Assembly: GCA_029974275.1 (NCBI GenBank)
Contig: JARKSN010000283.1
Span: forward strand, 1 to 28,861
Length of the DNA: 28,861 nucleotides
Direction: 5' to 3'
Origin: Candidatus Hydrogenedentota bacterium
Lineage (GTDB): Bacteria > Hydrogenedentota > Hydrogenedentia > Hydrogenedentales > SLHB01
Both the position numbers and the translations under genes were made by a program. Of the stretch, positions 26,565 to 28,861 are shown one piece after another. Every line of letters starts with the position of its first letter. Position 1 is the stretch's first letter. The notes beneath the pieces are model-generated. The model saw nothing but the letters and a program-made list of their open reading frames with translations. It did no database searches and was not told where the DNA came from.

Positions 26565-28861
26565 GTGCAAGACGAAGACGAGCGGCTCGCAGAGGTCGAG
26601 CACTTCCAGCCGCGGGATACCGCCTCCACGCCTGCGCTGGACCGGCTCGCGCAACTTGCGGCAAGCCTGTTCCGGGCGCCAATGGCGGCAGTCAGTCTCG
26701 TAGATGGCGACCGGCAGTGGCTGAAGGCGCGCTGCGGCCTCGACCTCACCAGCACGGCTCGTGAGCACGCGCTCTGCTCGCACGTGCTGCCACTTGGTCC
26801 GTCAGGAATACTCGTCGTGCCCGATGCGGCGCAGGACGCTCGCTTTGCCGCCAACCCGCTGGTGACCGGAGCGCCGTGTATCCGTTTCTACGCCGGAGCG
26901 GCATTGACGTCGCGACAGGGACACGTTCTCGGCGCGCTTTGCGTCATCGACAGCCGGCCACACCCAGAGCCCGATAAGGACAGCCTGAACCAACTGCGCG
27001 TGCTCGCAGACGCTGTTGTGGATCTTCTCGAACTGGAGCGCATCGCCCGCGCGCAGGACGAGCAGGTGAACCTCCTGAAAATGGCCGAAGGCGTTAGCGG
27101 AATGGGTCACTGGCGTCTGGATCTGCGCTCCAAGCGTGTGGTCTGGTCAAAGGAAGTCTACGCCATTCATGGACTATCTCCGGATTCCTTCGACCCGAAC
27201 CTCGACAGAGCGGTCGACTTTTATCATCCGGATGATCAGCCCAAGGTTCACGCAGCGCTCGATGAAGCTATTTCGAGCGCGGGGCCGGTATGCTTTCAGC
27301 TACGCCTGCGGTGCGCCGATGGTGACGTGCGCGACGTTGTTGGCCGCTCGCTCTGCGAACGCGACAGGTCGGATACGCCGGTCGCGGTCTTCGGCGTGTT
27401 CCAGGACATCACCGAACACACGCGCGCGCTTGCCGCCGCCCGACGAAATGAGGAGCGATATCGCCTGCTTGCGGAGAATATGGCGGACGTTGTAACGCGA
27501 ATCCGCCCCGACGGATCGAGCAACTACATTTCTCCTGCGATCGAACGGCTGCTTGGCTATCGTCCCGAGGAGATGGCGGGCCGTTCGGCGCAGGATTTTG
27601 TCCACCCCGAGGATCAGGCCGCGGTTGCTTCCGTTTTCGCGACGCTTTGCCGGAGCGAGGCGCAGCGCACAATCGAGGTCAGGGCCGTCAGGAAGGATGG
27701 CGCGCTTCGCTGGGTGGAAGTGAGCTTCCGATCCATGCCGATGGAGAAGGGAGGCTTCGAGATCGTCGCTGTCATTCGCGACATCACAGCGCGCCGGGAG
27801 CTTGAGAGCGCCGCGGCCGAACGCGAACGCCTCTACAGACTGCTGGCAGACAACAGCATCGACCTCATCAACCGCAGCAGTCTTGACTGCGAGATTCTCT
27901 ATGTTTCACCATCTGCCCGCGAGCTTACCGGCTATGAGCCGGACGAGCTGATCGGACGCAAGACCACGGACCTCATCCATCCCGAGGACTGGCCCTATGT
28001 CCGTCGCGCCTACACAAAACTGGTTCATTTCGGTCATGCGGCGCGCGTTGAGCCGATCACCTACCGGATGATGCGCAAGGATGGCGCGCATGTCTGGGTT
28101 GAGGTCGCACCAAAGCTGGTCTGGGACGGCGACAAGCCGATCGAGTTTGTCGATGTGGTCCGCAATATCTCCGCACGCAAGGCCGTCGAGGAGGAGCTGG
28201 TCGAGGCGCACACGGCCGCAGAGGCGGCCGCCGAAGCCAAGGCGCAGTTCCTCGCCACCATGAGTCACGAGCTACGTACACCACTCACGAGCATTCTCGG
28301 CTTCACCAAACTCCTTGCCGAACAACCAAACCATTCCGAGCTTTCGGCCAGGTGCCTCAAGCATCTTGATGTGGCCAGCCTTGCGCTCCTGAGTACGGTC
28401 AACGACATCCTCGACTTCTCCAAGCTGGAAGCCGGTCAGGTCGCGATCAGCCCGGTCGCTACAGACGTGCGTCAATTCTTCAGGATGACGCTGGACCTCC
28501 TGTCACCCCAGGCGACAACAAAAAACCTCGCGCTACTGCTCGACATTCACACCGACGTGCCTGTCCTGCTGGCAATCGACCCGGACCGGGTCCGCCAGAT
28601 CGTGCTCAATCTTGCCGGCAATGCGATCAAGTTCACGGCTGCAGGAAACGTTGCGCTGTCAGTCGCTTACGACGCAACCACCGGCCAGCTGAGCTTCGCT
28701 GTGACAGATACGGGCACGGGAATACCGTCTGACCGACTGGGTCTGCTCTTCCAGCGCTTTTCGCAGGTGGACGGCGGCAATGCACGCACAAATGGCGGTA
28801 CGGGACTTGGTCTTGCCATCTGCAAGGAGTTGACCGAGCTCATGGGCGGCCGCATTGGCGT
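26565..28861 (+). CDS. Cytoplasmic sensor histidine kinase GAF-PAS-PAS-PAS-HisKA-HATPase, 3' end outside window
   Basis: Not in the ORF track; hand translation from GTG 26565 after AAGGA. GAF (SLVDGDRQWLK, RFAANPLVTGAPCIRFYAGA), three PAS domains (QDIT, RDIT, RNIS), FLATMSHELRTPL, NLAGNAIKFT, DTGTGI, GGTGLGL. Confidence 0.93.
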   Translation, partial: MQDEDERLAEVEHFQPRDTASTPALDRLAQLAASLFRAPMAAVSLVDGDRQWLKARCGLDLTSTAREHALCSHVLPLGPSGILVVPDAAQDARFAANPLVTGAPCIRFYAGAALTSRQGHVLGALCVIDSRPHPEPDKDSLNQLRVLADAVVDLLELERIARAQDEQVNLLKMAEGVSGMGHWRLDLRSKRVVWSKEVYAIHGLSPDSFDPNLDRAVDFYHPDDQPKVHAALDEAISSAGPVCFQLRLRCADGDVRDVVGRSLCERDRSDTPVAVFGVFQDITEHTRALAAARRNEERYRLLAENMADVVTRIRPDGSSNYISPAIERLLGYRPEEMAGRSAQDFVHPEDQAAVASVFATLCRSEAQRTIEVRAVRKDGALRWVEVSFRSMPMEKGGFEIVAVIRDITARRELESAAAERERLYRLLADNSIDLINRSSLDCEILYVSPSARELTGYEPDELIGRKTTDLIHPEDWPYVRRAYTKLVHFGHAARVEPITYRMMRKDGAHVWVEVAPKLVWDGDKPIEFVDVVRNISARKAVEEELVEAHTAAEAAAEAKAQFLATMSHELRTPLTSILGFTKLLAEQPNHSELSARCLKHLDVASLALLSTVNDILDFSKLEAGQVAISPVATDVRQFFRMTLDLLSPQATTKNLALLLDIHTDVPVLLAIDPDRVRQIVLNLAGNAIKFTAAGNVALSVAYDATTGQLSFAVTDTGTGIPSDRLGLLFQRFSQVDGGNARTNGGTGLGLAICKELTELMGGRIG

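Overview
GC-rich, probably alphaproteobacterial (Caulobacterales-like, by inference) accessory region, likely from a conjugative plasmid or ICE. The left 8.4 kb is a mosaic: an IS21 element (istAB, cut by the window edge), leading-region genes ardC and ssb behind a large stem-loop, an IS110 transposase remnant interrupted by an intact IS630, and an IS3-family element that clips a GNAT gene on one side and a TMEM175 channel gene on the other. The centre is a translationally coupled cellulose synthase operon bcsA-bcsB-bcsC with no bcsZ, followed 4 bp later by a membrane sensor-like PAS protein with no output domain. Next come an OmpR-type regulator, a MASE1-PAS-PAS hybrid kinase with REC and HPt domains, and a response regulator pseudogene. 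Divergently transcribed is a second coupled operon (single-domain REC, YaiO-like outer-membrane barrel, HEAT-repeat membrane protein, processive GT2) that looks like a poorly characterised synthase-dependent polysaccharide system. An IS21 relic and a GAF-PAS-PAS-PAS histidine kinase running off the right edge finish the window. No rRNA, tRNA or CRISPR array was seen. All calls come from reading motifs by eye; no searches were run.
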